From: a bacterium
GTDB taxonomy: Bacteria; Patescibacteriota; Minisyncoccia; Phycocordibacterales; VMGT01
Direction of reading: 5' to 3'
Assembly (NCBI GenBank): GCA_030697645.1
Contig: JAUYPI010000014.1
Location: forward strand, 12,136 to 76,135
DNA length: 64,000 nt
Shown here: piece by piece, positions 56,277-64,000 of the stretch
Layout: the number at the start of each line of letters is the position of its first letter
Position numbering within the stretch: position 1 is the stretch's first letter
Notes under the pieces: generated by a model
The model's input: only the letters and a program-made list of their open reading frames with translations
Told to the model about the DNA's origin: nothing
Databases searched by the model: none
Position numbers and translations under genes: made by a program

Positions 56277-56300
56277 CAGCGAGCACACTCGCTGTTTTTT
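56277..56300 (+). terminator. Rho-independent terminator after the GDPD gene
   Basis: cagcgag-cacac-ctcgctg hairpin followed by TTTTTT, then an AAAGGAG ribosome-binding site 8 nt before the next ATG (56342). Confidence 0.6.
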
Positions 56301-56341
56301 GGTTCGTACTTTCGGACAATCATAAAGAAAAGGAGTGTCTC

Positions 56342-56983
56342 ATGGCAAACGGAACGGATCCGGTGCTTGAGAAAATTAAGGGTCTGAAAGAAGCCGGTGC
56401 GGCGGCGGTGCAGGCGGGAAACGTGGGAACATTCAGTGGGTTTCCGCCAGCGCTTGCGCAACGCATGAATGTTTCCTTTCTCGGCGACTTCACCAACGAC
56501 CAGCTATTGACGGCAATAGCGAAGTCGGCTGAGTCCCATGGGATTGACGTTATCCTTGCTGGCCTTGACTTCCCGCTCCATGCCACTGTGCTTGAAGCTG
56601 ATTGGAACGAAAATCTTGGCGACTGGTGCGAAATTTGCTCATTCATGTCGCAAGAAATTTCCCTTGTTGCTGACGGTTATCGTCACCACAAGGACTTGCT
56701 GTTTCAACATGTAATCCTCGATGGAGAAGGCAACTGCCTTTTGATGGCGGATAGCATTCCGACATGGCTCATCGGGTTGAGGATGGACCTCGCCACCGTA
56801 TACAAGGCCTACAACCTGCAGGTTCGCCGGATGGACGACATCTTGCACGCAACACTCTGTAGGATTCGCAGTTATGATGGTGGGGATCTCTCCGCGTTTT
56901 GCTGTGGGATTGAGAAGCTCGAAGGCGAAACGTTATTTCAATGTCGACGTGTCCGCATCGGTTCGGCGCTAGATTTGCTATAA
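56342..56983 (+). CDS. Hypothetical protein (no recognisable family)
   Basis: Good RBS, protein-like composition, flanked by terminators. Confidence 0.5.
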   Translation: MANGTDPVLEKIKGLKEAGAAAVQAGNVGTFSGFPPALAQRMNVSFLGDFTNDQLLTAIAKSAESHGIDVILAGLDFPLHATVLEADWNENLGDWCEICSFMSQEISLVADGYRHHKDLLFQHVILDGEGNCLLMADSIPTWLIGLRMDLATVYKAYNLQVRRMDDILHATLCRIRSYDGGDLSAFCCGIEKLEGETLFQCRRVRIGSALDLL

Positions 56984-57012
56984 AAAGGAGCAAACAATAA
57001 ATTTGATGTTGG

Positions 57013-57045
57013 GCCCCACAGCCATGCGCTGTGGGGTTCTACATT
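57013..57045 (+). terminator. Probable terminator hairpin (ccccacagc-catgc-gctgtgggg) between convergent genes
   Basis: 9-bp GC-rich stem with a 5-nt loop followed by a T-rich segment; lies between the 56342 (+) and 57165 (-) genes. Confidence 0.4.
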
Positions 57046-57164
57046 GTAAACGACCCTACCGGAGGGCAGGGCATTCCTGTCGGCACTCCGCGGTCTTCCA
57101 TAACCACAAGCGAGGAAAAATAGAGACTTATATAAAGTATTTCGTGCACTTTTTGCCTAATCGT

Positions 57165-58064
57165 TCACTCTCGCACATTGGTGAAATGCCACAACTCTTT
57201 GAGAAGTGCCGCTTCTCTGGTCGGCGCGTCGAGTAATACTGAGCAAGCAGACAGGGGCGCCTCGCTCCCATGCGGCTCGGGCAGATACGCTCGACCATCG
57301 AGCATCTCGTTTTTTTCCGCCGCTATAAACCGTCCGCCAGGCCGAGACGAAAGTATCGACTCGTAGTAACCGCGGTACGCTTCAAGCAGAAAAATATCGA
57401 CTGTCAGATTTTTGTACCGATCAATCAGGTCGAAGCACTCCTTGACAATATCTGCTCTCGGTCCGCCATCAATGATGAACACCGCGTGGCATTTCCGTCC
57501 CGCTTGAAGTGCTTCGAGCAATCCAGTAAGCGGCAGGCGAATATACTTATGCTTATTCGGCGACTCGCCGTACTGGTCTTTGAACCCCTCGTATATATAC
57601 GCATACTCGAAATCAATGCAGTCGATTTTCACGCCATACTTCTCATCGAACCAAAAATTGTTCTTCCGGAACAGGAACTCGGCGATGAATCGTAGCGTTT
57701 TCATTTTCTTCTGCTCACGCTCGAGCCGCCGACATTCCGGAGGCACGTCCCATACGTTCTGCGATTCAGAGCGCAAAAATGCGACGTAGTCTTTTAGGGA
57801 CCAAACGTTTCGGGCTGTTGTCCCACCCGGAAAATACGAGAGCATCCTCGCATACCAGAGCGGCGATCGCTCAACGGCGACGTAACGCGCGACAATGTTC
57901 GCCGTAATCAACTCGTCTACAAAGAACTTCGTTGAGTCCCCCGACCCGTATTCGATAATGAAATGCTCCCTCTCTAGGCTCGAATTTTTTCGCCGAAGCA
58001 GATGCGTGGTTATATACCGCACTGCAGTGGCGCTCATCAGAGGTATACACTCATGCGTAGTCAT
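57165..58064 (-). CDS. Hypothetical protein, possible class I methyltransferase-like fold
   Basis: FIIEYGSGDSTKFF resembles MTase motif I; AT-rich gene. Start assigned to the internal Met MTTHEC to avoid overlap with the upstream SIS gene. Confidence 0.4.
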   Translation of the reverse strand: MTTHECIPLMSATAVRYITTHLLRRKNSSLEREHFIIEYGSGDSTKFFVDELITANIVARYVAVERSPLWYARMLSYFPGGTTARNVWSLKDYVAFLRSESQNVWDVPPECRRLEREQKKMKTLRFIAEFLFRKNNFWFDEKYGVKIDCIDFEYAYIYEGFKDQYGESPNKHKYIRLPLTGLLEALQAGRKCHAVFIIDGGPRADIVKECFDLIDRYKNLTVDIFLLEAYRGYYESILSSRPGGRFIAAEKNEMLDGRAYLPEPHGSEAPLSACSVLLDAPTREAALLKELWHFTNVRE

Positions 58065-58068
58065 AATG

Positions 58069-58653
58069 TCATTTATTTTCGAACATTTCCGTGAGTGCCT
58101 CGCACCAACTGTGGAGGATCCACTGATGAGCGTCTTGAATCTCTTGGGTTGATGAGGATGGCACGATAATCTCATAGTCCGCGCGACCTTTCATCGCACC
58201 GCCGTCCTTGCCGAGGAGGCTCACGGTCTTGAGACGCTGTCGGCGCGCCTCGTCGACCCCCGCAAGGATGTTCGGTGAGTTTCCGCTCGTTGAGATTGCT
58301 ATAAAAACATCGCCCGTTCTCCCAAGCGCCTCGATCTGGCGTGCAAAAACGCTCTCGAAGCCAACGTCGTTACTCCACGCGGTGAGGAACGACGTATCGG
58401 TGGTGAGCGCAAGCGCGGGGAGAGCGCGGCGTTTGCTTTTATTGAACGACCCCACGAGCTGTGAGGCAAAATACTCGGCGTGCGTCGCGCTCGCGCCGTT
58501 TCCTGCGATAAGCACCTTACAACCGCTCGCAAGCGAGGCGCCGAGACACTCCCGCGCAGACTCGACGCGTCCCAGGAGCTCCTCATCCGCTTGCATGCGC
58601 TCGAGCGTCTGAGACAGTGCATCAAGATATAGTCGAAACGTTCTCGTGTGCAT
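58069..58653 (-). CDS. SIS-domain sugar-phosphate isomerase (GmhA-like sedoheptulose-7-phosphate isomerase), paralog 1
   Basis: IAGNGASATHAEYFASQL SIS motif and about 190 aa single-SIS architecture. Confidence 0.65.
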   Translation of the reverse strand: MHTRTFRLYLDALSQTLERMQADEELLGRVESARECLGASLASGCKVLIAGNGASATHAEYFASQLVGSFNKSKRRALPALALTTDTSFLTAWSNDVGFESVFARQIEALGRTGDVFIAISTSGNSPNILAGVDEARRQRLKTVSLLGKDGGAMKGRADYEIIVPSSSTQEIQDAHQWILHSWCEALTEMFENK

Positions 58654-58655
58654 AG

Positions 58656-59723
58656 TTAATGAATTCTAGCGGCAAAATATTCTCCCATCCACTCTCTGAA
58701 TTGGCGATCGGGGCGGACGACGGTCTTAAACGTCTGCCCCACGCCACGCATCAATATCAACCCGAGATCTGACCCGACATTTTTTTTGTCCCTGCCGAGC
58801 GCGTCCATAAATGTATCGAAGTTACTGTCTCCCATGTCAAAACCCGCACAGACCTTCGAAAAAAATGCGCTGAGGTCTTCAAACAGCTCTTTTGAGATAA
58901 ACCCCAGCTTCATCGAGATGAAATTCGCCATGTCCATACCGAACACAACCCCTATGCCGTGCGGTATCTTGTGGTGGGTCACGCACTCAAGAGCATGTCC
59001 GAAGGAATGGCCGTAATTCAAAACCTGTCTTTCATTCCGGTCGAATTCGTCCAGTTCTATAATTTTTTTCTTAATCTCGAGACTCCTCTCAATAACTCCC
59101 CGCAGAGTCTCCCGATCGGTGAGTGCGCGAACATACTCACGAACAAAGCGTTCGTAATCCCGCTCTCCGGAGACAATATAGTAGTGCAGCATCTCACCTA
59201 GCCCTGATTTCATATCGCGCTCGGGCAGCGTGTCGAGCCACGTCATGTCAATAAAAATTTGGTGCGGCGGATAAAAATTGCCCACCTGATTTTTGTAGCG
59301 TCCAAAGTTAATCGCTGTTTTACTCCCAATACAGCTGTCGCCCATCGCAAGGAGCGTCGTCGGGAAAAACGACCACGCCACGCCTCGATAAAGAATGGAG
59401 GCTACAAAGGCCGTCACGTCCTGTGTAATACCCCCGCCAATCGCGACAAGACGGTTGTTTTTCCTGAAGCCATTCTCAATCAGGTGCTCAAGCACCGACA
59501 CGACCCCGAGATAACTCTTCTTCTCCTCGGTCGCGTCAAGGACAACGTGCCCGTGGCCGCGGACAAGAGCTCCGATCGTACGCTCGTACAGCTCGAGGAC
59601 ATTTTTATCAACGATCACAAAATCGCCCTCCGAGAGGCATGACGCGAGCGTAGTTGGTGCATCATCGACAAAAGCAGCCGTGTAATTATGGACCGAAGAT
59701 TTTACTGAAAAAGTATGCAGCAT
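58656..59723 (-). CDS. 3-dehydroquinate synthase-family sugar-phosphate cyclase (DHQS-like)
   Basis: GGGITQDVTAF glycine motif plus metal-binding His pairs (HSFGHALE ... HG) typical of DHQS/EEVS/DOIS enzymes. Confidence 0.65.
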   Translation of the reverse strand: MLHTFSVKSSVHNYTAAFVDDAPTTLASCLSEGDFVIVDKNVLELYERTIGALVRGHGHVVLDATEEKKSYLGVVSVLEHLIENGFRKNNRLVAIGGGITQDVTAFVASILYRGVAWSFFPTTLLAMGDSCIGSKTAINFGRYKNQVGNFYPPHQIFIDMTWLDTLPERDMKSGLGEMLHYYIVSGERDYERFVREYVRALTDRETLRGVIERSLEIKKKIIELDEFDRNERQVLNYGHSFGHALECVTHHKIPHGIGVVFGMDMANFISMKLGFISKELFEDLSAFFSKVCAGFDMGDSNFDTFMDALGRDKKNVGSDLGLILMRGVGQTFKTVVRPDRQFREWMGEYFAARIH

Positions 59724-59777
59724 ATCTAATCCCTGTAATTGTAATCACCCGCACGAAACACCAAACCTCTCGCCATA

Positions 59778-59949
59778 CCACCCACGTCTCATAATTTCGC
59801 GCATAGCGAGAGGTGTTTAGGAAACGCGAGCCTGAATAGAAAAACGCATCTGTTTCTGGCCCGCAGGCGAGTTATGCGTTTTTCGTCGCTGAGGCGACTA
59901 TCATTTCCAAACACCGAAGCTCGAGCGCGAAATTATGAGACGTGGGTGG
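59778..59949. repeat. Structured palindromic element, family 2, copy 2 (about 172 bp)
   Basis: Perfect 25-bp outer inverted repeat (ccacccacgtctcataatttcgcgc / gcgcgaaattatgagacgtgggtgg) around the same conserved core as 38405-38600. Confidence 0.85.
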
Positions 59950-59956
59950 TTACCCC

Positions 59957-60712
59957 CTATACACTCACAAACCCCCCGTCGACGATAATATTTTGCGCGG
60001 TGATGAAAGTGTTCAGATCGCTTGTTAAGAACAGCACGACTTTCGCTATCTCGTCTGGTTCTGCACAGCGCCGGAGTGGCACTTTTGCGAGAAGCGCATC
60101 GCGCTCGCGGGGATCAGCAAGCATCCGTTTTGTCATCTCTGTCGCCACGAAGCCGGGCGAAACTGCGTTTACAAGGATATTATACGGGGCAAGGTCAACT
60201 GCTGCGGCCTTGGTGAGGCCAATCAGCGCATTTTTAGACGTTATATACGAGACGCGCTTGTCGCGTGCGACAACGCCAAAAATGGACGCGACATTAACGA
60301 TGCGCCCGTATCCGTTTTTCTTCATCATGACGCTCGTCTCTTGTAGCAGCTGCAGGGGGCCAGTCACATTCACCTTCATCACGTTCTCGAAGTCCACTGT
60401 ACTCGTCTCGCCAATTGCCCCGACCTCATTGATACCGGCATTGTTCACCAATATATCAACGCGCCCGTAGCACTCCTCTACTTCCGTCACAAAAGAGTCA
60501 CACGAGCCGTCCTCGAGAAAATCCAGATGAAAGTAATTTGCTCGCCGCTCACGACGAAAAGTGAGACCCTGCGCGGCGCTCAGACGATCCAGGTCCGTGC
60601 CGGTGGCAATGACTTCTCCGCCAAGCGCCGCGAAATGCTCGGCAATACTTTTCCCGATGCCGCGCGTGCCGCCGGTCACAATAATTATCTTGCCGGTGAA
60701 ATCAAATTGCAT
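59957..60712 (-). CDS. Short-chain dehydrogenase/reductase (SDR) family oxidoreductase
   Basis: VTGGTRGIG, NNAG, YxxxK (YITSKNA) motifs. Confidence 0.8.
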   Translation of the reverse strand: MQFDFTGKIIIVTGGTRGIGKSIAEHFAALGGEVIATGTDLDRLSAAQGLTFRRERRANYFHLDFLEDGSCDSFVTEVEECYGRVDILVNNAGINEVGAIGETSTVDFENVMKVNVTGPLQLLQETSVMMKKNGYGRIVNVASIFGVVARDKRVSYITSKNALIGLTKAAAVDLAPYNILVNAVSPGFVATEMTKRMLADPRERDALLAKVPLRRCAEPDEIAKVVLFLTSDLNTFITAQNIIVDGGFVSV

Positions 60713-61373
60713 ACGGCATCCCTGTGGGGTGCGCGTGCGGCGCAAGCGAAACGGCCGCGCTACCCCCGAACTTCTGCTGTATCCAGCTTGTAAGCATGTG
60801 GTTCAAGATCAGGTGAACGTCCTCAACCGGCCCGTACTCGCCCTTCGGCGTCGCCACGACGATCGGCACATGGCAGAGGTCCTTCAGCTTCCCGCCGTCA
60901 AACCCGAGAAGTCCGAGGACCGTCCCCTGCCTCTCGCGCACCCACTCTGCTGCTCTCACCACATTCGGGGAATTGCCGCTCGCTGAGATCACGACGAGCA
61001 CGTCCCCGTCTCTGTAGTGTATCGCAAGCTGCTTCGTGAAGATGTCGTCATATCCGTAATCGTTGCCGACAGCGGTCATGGTTGACACATGATCCGTGAG
61101 CGGGAAAACCCGGTACGGCCGATTACGCTGCGCCACCTTCACCATCGCCATCCCGATGTCGTTCCCTATATGCGAGGCCGTTGACGCGGACCCGCCGTTT
61201 CCTGCCACGAACACCGTACTGTCGTGGACTCGCGCGTTTTCGAGTGTTTGCATAAACGCGCTGATCGCTCCCTGGTCAAGGGACTCAAGAAGCCCAGCGA
61301 GGTAGCGGAAATAACCACCGGCAAAGGCCTCGATGTTTTGACTCGCTAAAAATATTTTTTCCAGGTTATTCAT
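60702..61373 (-). CDS. SIS-domain sugar-phosphate isomerase (GmhA-like), paralog 2
   Basis: VAGNGGSASTASHIGNDIG SIS motif. Confidence 0.65.
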   Translation of the reverse strand: MNNLEKIFLASQNIEAFAGGYFRYLAGLLESLDQGAISAFMQTLENARVHDSTVFVAGNGGSASTASHIGNDIGMAMVKVAQRNRPYRVFPLTDHVSTMTAVGNDYGYDDIFTKQLAIHYRDGDVLVVISASGNSPNVVRAAEWVRERQGTVLGLLGFDGGKLKDLCHVPIVVATPKGEYGPVEDVHLILNHMLTSWIQQKFGGSAAVSLAPHAHPTGMPYAI

Positions 61374-61409
61374 ACCCTTCCAGAGAGTACCGGTTAAGCT
61401 GGTTACAGG

Positions 61410-62444
61410 CTACGCATCAGGGTCCGCGATGCTAAATTTATCACGCCATGCTCGATCGGCGAAGTAGATCCGGTAGACCAATTTCATGGTGTCGAGCGCG
61501 TCTTCGCTCGTGCCGAACTTTACAGGAGCGCCGCCTTGTATGGCATCGGCGAACTCGTCTATTTCACGCTTCCAGGAATTATCATCCAGGTATTTAATGG
61601 TCTCAGAGCCCAGTGTACCCTGGTCCGAATCGCCTCGCCGCCCAATCTGCAGTGTTTCCTCCCCGTAGCTTTTTGAACCGGTCACGAGGCCGGAGAGCTT
61701 GAGATATCCCTTTTCTAAAAAGACATGCAGAGAAAAACCGTGTTCCCAGAGGGTGGCGCTCGAGTGGATCATGGCAACCCTCCCCCGCTCGTCTTTCATG
61801 ATGGCGTACGCATTATCCTCCACGTCGTGGTTCCAAAAATCGTTCGACACAGCACTCCGCACCTCCCGAAACTCCCCACAGAACAAACGCATCAAGTCCA
61901 GCATGTGGATTCCTTGATCAAGGAGAATGCCCCCTCCGGCGTATTTTCTTTCCGATCGCCACCCCCCGGAAAACGGGACTACTTTGCTCTTCCCATACAC
62001 CCCGCGTACGTTGATAATTTCCCCCATCTCTCCCGACTCGATAATCTTCAGGGCCGCCTGAACAGAGTCGTGGTACCGGTGGTTAAATCCATATTTCAAA
62101 ATTAAACCCGGGTGCGATTTTTCTTCCTGTATCACCTCCTCAATGTCTTTGACCGAGCGACCGGGCGGCTTTTCGCAAAAAACATGGAGGCCTTGTTTGA
62201 GCCCCGCGATGGTCGCCTCCGGAGCAAGGTAGTTGGGGACAGAAACAAACAGAGCATCCAAGTCCTCTTTCAGCAGGTGTTGGTAGTCTCGATACGCCCG
62301 CGCGCCGCCCGCCTCCACAACGTCTTCGGGAAACGTTATGTCAGAGACCGCAACGGTCGTGAGCACGGGGTGCGCGTCTATAAAACTTCTCCGCCTCTTG
62401 CCCACGACCCCGTACCCGACAATGCCTACCCTCTTTTTTATCAT
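61410..62444 (-). CDS. Gfo/Idh/MocA family oxidoreductase
   Basis: IVGYGVVGKRR Rossmann motif, FCEKPPG motif. Confidence 0.75.
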   Translation of the reverse strand: MIKKRVGIVGYGVVGKRRRSFIDAHPVLTTVAVSDITFPEDVVEAGGARAYRDYQHLLKEDLDALFVSVPNYLAPEATIAGLKQGLHVFCEKPPGRSVKDIEEVIQEEKSHPGLILKYGFNHRYHDSVQAALKIIESGEMGEIINVRGVYGKSKVVPFSGGWRSERKYAGGGILLDQGIHMLDLMRLFCGEFREVRSAVSNDFWNHDVEDNAYAIMKDERGRVAMIHSSATLWEHGFSLHVFLEKGYLKLSGLVTGSKSYGEETLQIGRRGDSDQGTLGSETIKYLDDNSWKREIDEFADAIQGGAPVKFGTSEDALDTMKLVYRIYFADRAWRDKFSIADPDA

Positions 62445-62448
62445 AGCG

Positions 62449-63369
62449 TTATCTCTTGAAGTGTCGCCTCAAGTGCTCTATGGCACTCATGCCCATCGCG
62501 AGAACCGCTTCTTTGGAGTTGCCTCCTATGTGCGGCGTCGTTATCACGTTCTCGAGCGCGAGTAATTCTTTGTCCTTGGGAGGCTCCTCGTTGTAGACGT
62601 CAATCGCCGCCCCGGCAAGCCTGCCAGATTTTAGAGCCTGCGTCAAGGCCTCTAGCTTCACTATGGGACCGCGCGCGGTATTAATGAGGTGTGAGTCAGG
62701 CCGCATCATCGAAAGCGTTCCCTCGTTGACGAGAGCGCGTGTCGCTTCTGTAAGCGGCGTGTGGATACTTACTATATCTGCACGCCTAAAAATTTCCTCC
62801 TTACTGACCTCCTCAACCCCCTCGTCGCGGTAGTAATCGGCCTGATCAATAATATCGTTTACCAATATCCGGCAGCCAAAGGGCTTGAGCAGGCGAATGA
62901 CTTCTTTTCCGACATGCCCAACGCCGATGATGCCGACCGTCTTCCCGCTCAACTCGAAACCGCCGCTCTTGTCCCACTCTCCGCGCTTTAATCGGGCTGA
63001 TGTCTTAAAAAGATTCCGCGAGAGCGCAAGCATGAAGCCGAGCGTCATTTCTGCGACCGAGAGTCGGTTCACGCCGCCGGTCCAGCCAATCGTGATGTTG
63101 CGCCGCGCACAAGCCTCACCGTCAATGTTGTCGAGTCCGACGCCATATTTCGCGATTATTTCTAAATTTAGGCGCTTGTCTAACACCCCTTCGTGTATTC
63201 TCTCGAGTCCGACAATCGCCCCACGAGCATCGCCAATAAAGAATGCCAGGTCATCGTCCGCGAGCGCCCGATCACTATTGAACGCAGTATCCGGAAAATG
63301 TTTCAAGAGCTCCTCTCGCAACTCTTTTGTCCCGGAGAATGTCCGGGAAGTTACAACAATTTCACTCAT
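62449..63369 (-). CDS. D-isomer-specific 2-hydroxyacid dehydrogenase
   Basis: GIIGVGHVGKEV Rossmann motif and SIHTPLTEAT / PHIGG catalytic region; canonical length (306 aa). Confidence 0.8.
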   Translation of the reverse strand: MSEIVVTSRTFSGTKELREELLKHFPDTAFNSDRALADDDLAFFIGDARGAIVGLERIHEGVLDKRLNLEIIAKYGVGLDNIDGEACARRNITIGWTGGVNRLSVAEMTLGFMLALSRNLFKTSARLKRGEWDKSGGFELSGKTVGIIGVGHVGKEVIRLLKPFGCRILVNDIIDQADYYRDEGVEEVSKEEIFRRADIVSIHTPLTEATRALVNEGTLSMMRPDSHLINTARGPIVKLEALTQALKSGRLAGAAIDVYNEEPPKDKELLALENVITTPHIGGNSKEAVLAMGMSAIEHLRRHFKR

Positions 63370-64000
63370 GATGGCGACTTCACGTACGTTGCAATAAGGG
63401 GATCGGATTTCATCCGCGCGATGACTCTCTCGAGGTCCTCCGGCGTATCAACGGAGCTGGTATCTGTGTCCGTTATCGACGTCTGCAAGCGAATGCCGTT
63501 TTCAATAACGCGCAGCATGTCAACGGACTCTATTGTCTCTAGGGGCGTCGCGGGCATGCGGTTGTACTTTATCAGGAAATCTTTGTTGAAAAGAATAATG
63601 CCGAGCTGCTTTAACATCGGTATCTCACCTTTGTATTTCGCGTCCGATGGAATAGGAGATCGAGAAAGATAGAGCGCCCTCCCCGTGCCGTCCACTACCA
63701 CCTTTACGGTGTTGGGGCTTTCAAAAGTCTCACGGTCCACGCGCGCAATAATGTTCAAGATATTGAGAGACGGATCGTCTAACATCGGCCGGATTGCTTT
63801 TTCGAGCATTTCCGGCACGACCATCGGCTCATCGCCCTGCACCATGACGACGAGGTCTATCGACTCGCCGGTCGCCTCTTCGATCTTCGCGACCGCCTCT
63901 GCGGTACGATCAGTGGCACGCTCGTGCGTATTCGCGGTCATCACCGCCTTCCCGCCAATGCTCTCTACATAATCAAAAATCTCCTGGTCGCACGTCGCCA
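63366..64000 (-). CDS. kdsB: 3-deoxy-manno-octulosonate cytidylyltransferase (CMP-Kdo synthetase), N-terminus outside the window
   Basis: VQGDEPMV, NPNAVKVV, YFSR, LRVL and VDTPEDLERV match KdsB signature blocks; the ORF runs off the 3' edge of the window. Confidence 0.75.
   Translation of the reverse strand, partial: ATCDQEIFDYVESIGGKAVMTANTHERATDRTAEAVAKIEEATGESIDLVVMVQGDEPMVVPEMLEKAIRPMLDDPSLNILNIIARVDRETFESPNTVKVVVDGTGRALYLSRSPIPSDAKYKGEIPMLKQLGIILFNKDFLIKYNRMPATPLETIESVDMLRVIENGIRLQTSITDTDTSSVDTPEDLERVIARMKSDPLIATYVKSPS

Noticed and set aside
1-64000. tRNA, rRNA or tmRNA genes
   Set aside because: No GTTCGAATCC-type T-loop contexts outside coding regions and no rRNA-like conserved stretches were found; all gaps between CDSs are short or occupied by the palindromic repeats.

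Overview
This is a GC-rich (roughly 60%) bacterial chromosomal window that is almost entirely a surface-glycan / exopolysaccharide biosynthesis supercluster. About 60 tightly packed genes are present, mostly on the minus strand, with two plus-strand blocks at 29.5-33.6 kb and 38.6-56.9 kb. Functions were assigned from motifs read in the supplied translations; no rRNA, tRNA or CRISPR array was seen.

Recognisable gene content:
- Nucleotide-sugar tailoring: UXS-type epimerase/dehydratase, FdtA-like 3,4-ketoisomerase cupin, C-methyltransferase with an N-terminal Zn ribbon, a CBS-domain-fused NDP-sugar dehydrogenase, Gfo/Idh/MocA oxidoreductases, SDRs and D-2-hydroxyacid dehydrogenases.
- A nonulosonic-acid toolkit: two NeuB-family synthases, three NeuA-type CMP-sugar synthetase paralogs, a NeuC-like hydrolysing 2-epimerase and a PseB/CapD-like 4,6-dehydratase.
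- A Kdo/heptose-type toolkit: a partial KdsB, two GmhA-like SIS isomerases, a transaldolase and a DHQS-like sugar-phosphate cyclase.
- Four paralogs of a TagF/KpsS-like polymer-forming transferase, several GT2 and GT-B glycosyltransferases, a YfhO-like GT-C membrane protein, a Wzx-type flippase and an AsnB-type amidotransferase.

Features worth a second look:
- A plus-strand ACP-dependent acyl-modification cassette at 45.7-53.4 kb (PPTase, ACP, AMP-ligase, Fe-ADH, LuxE-like, LuxC-like, FemAB/GNAT-like, deacetylase) of the kind seen in exosortase-type EPS loci but never functionally defined.
- A CotH-kinase/beta-helix, VTC and DUF4956 triad at 29.5-33.6 kb on the plus strand.
- A HicAB toxin-antitoxin pair.
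- Three families of structured palindromic intergenic repeats. Two copies of one family flank the PseB-like gene; another family shows compensatory base changes between its two copies.
- A six-unit heptanucleotide coding repeat inside a glycosyltransferase and a poly-G tract that splits a small methyltransferase, both candidate phase-variation sites.
- An in-frame palindromic insertion inside a dehydrogenase gene.
- Several low-GC islands that point to mosaic acquisition.
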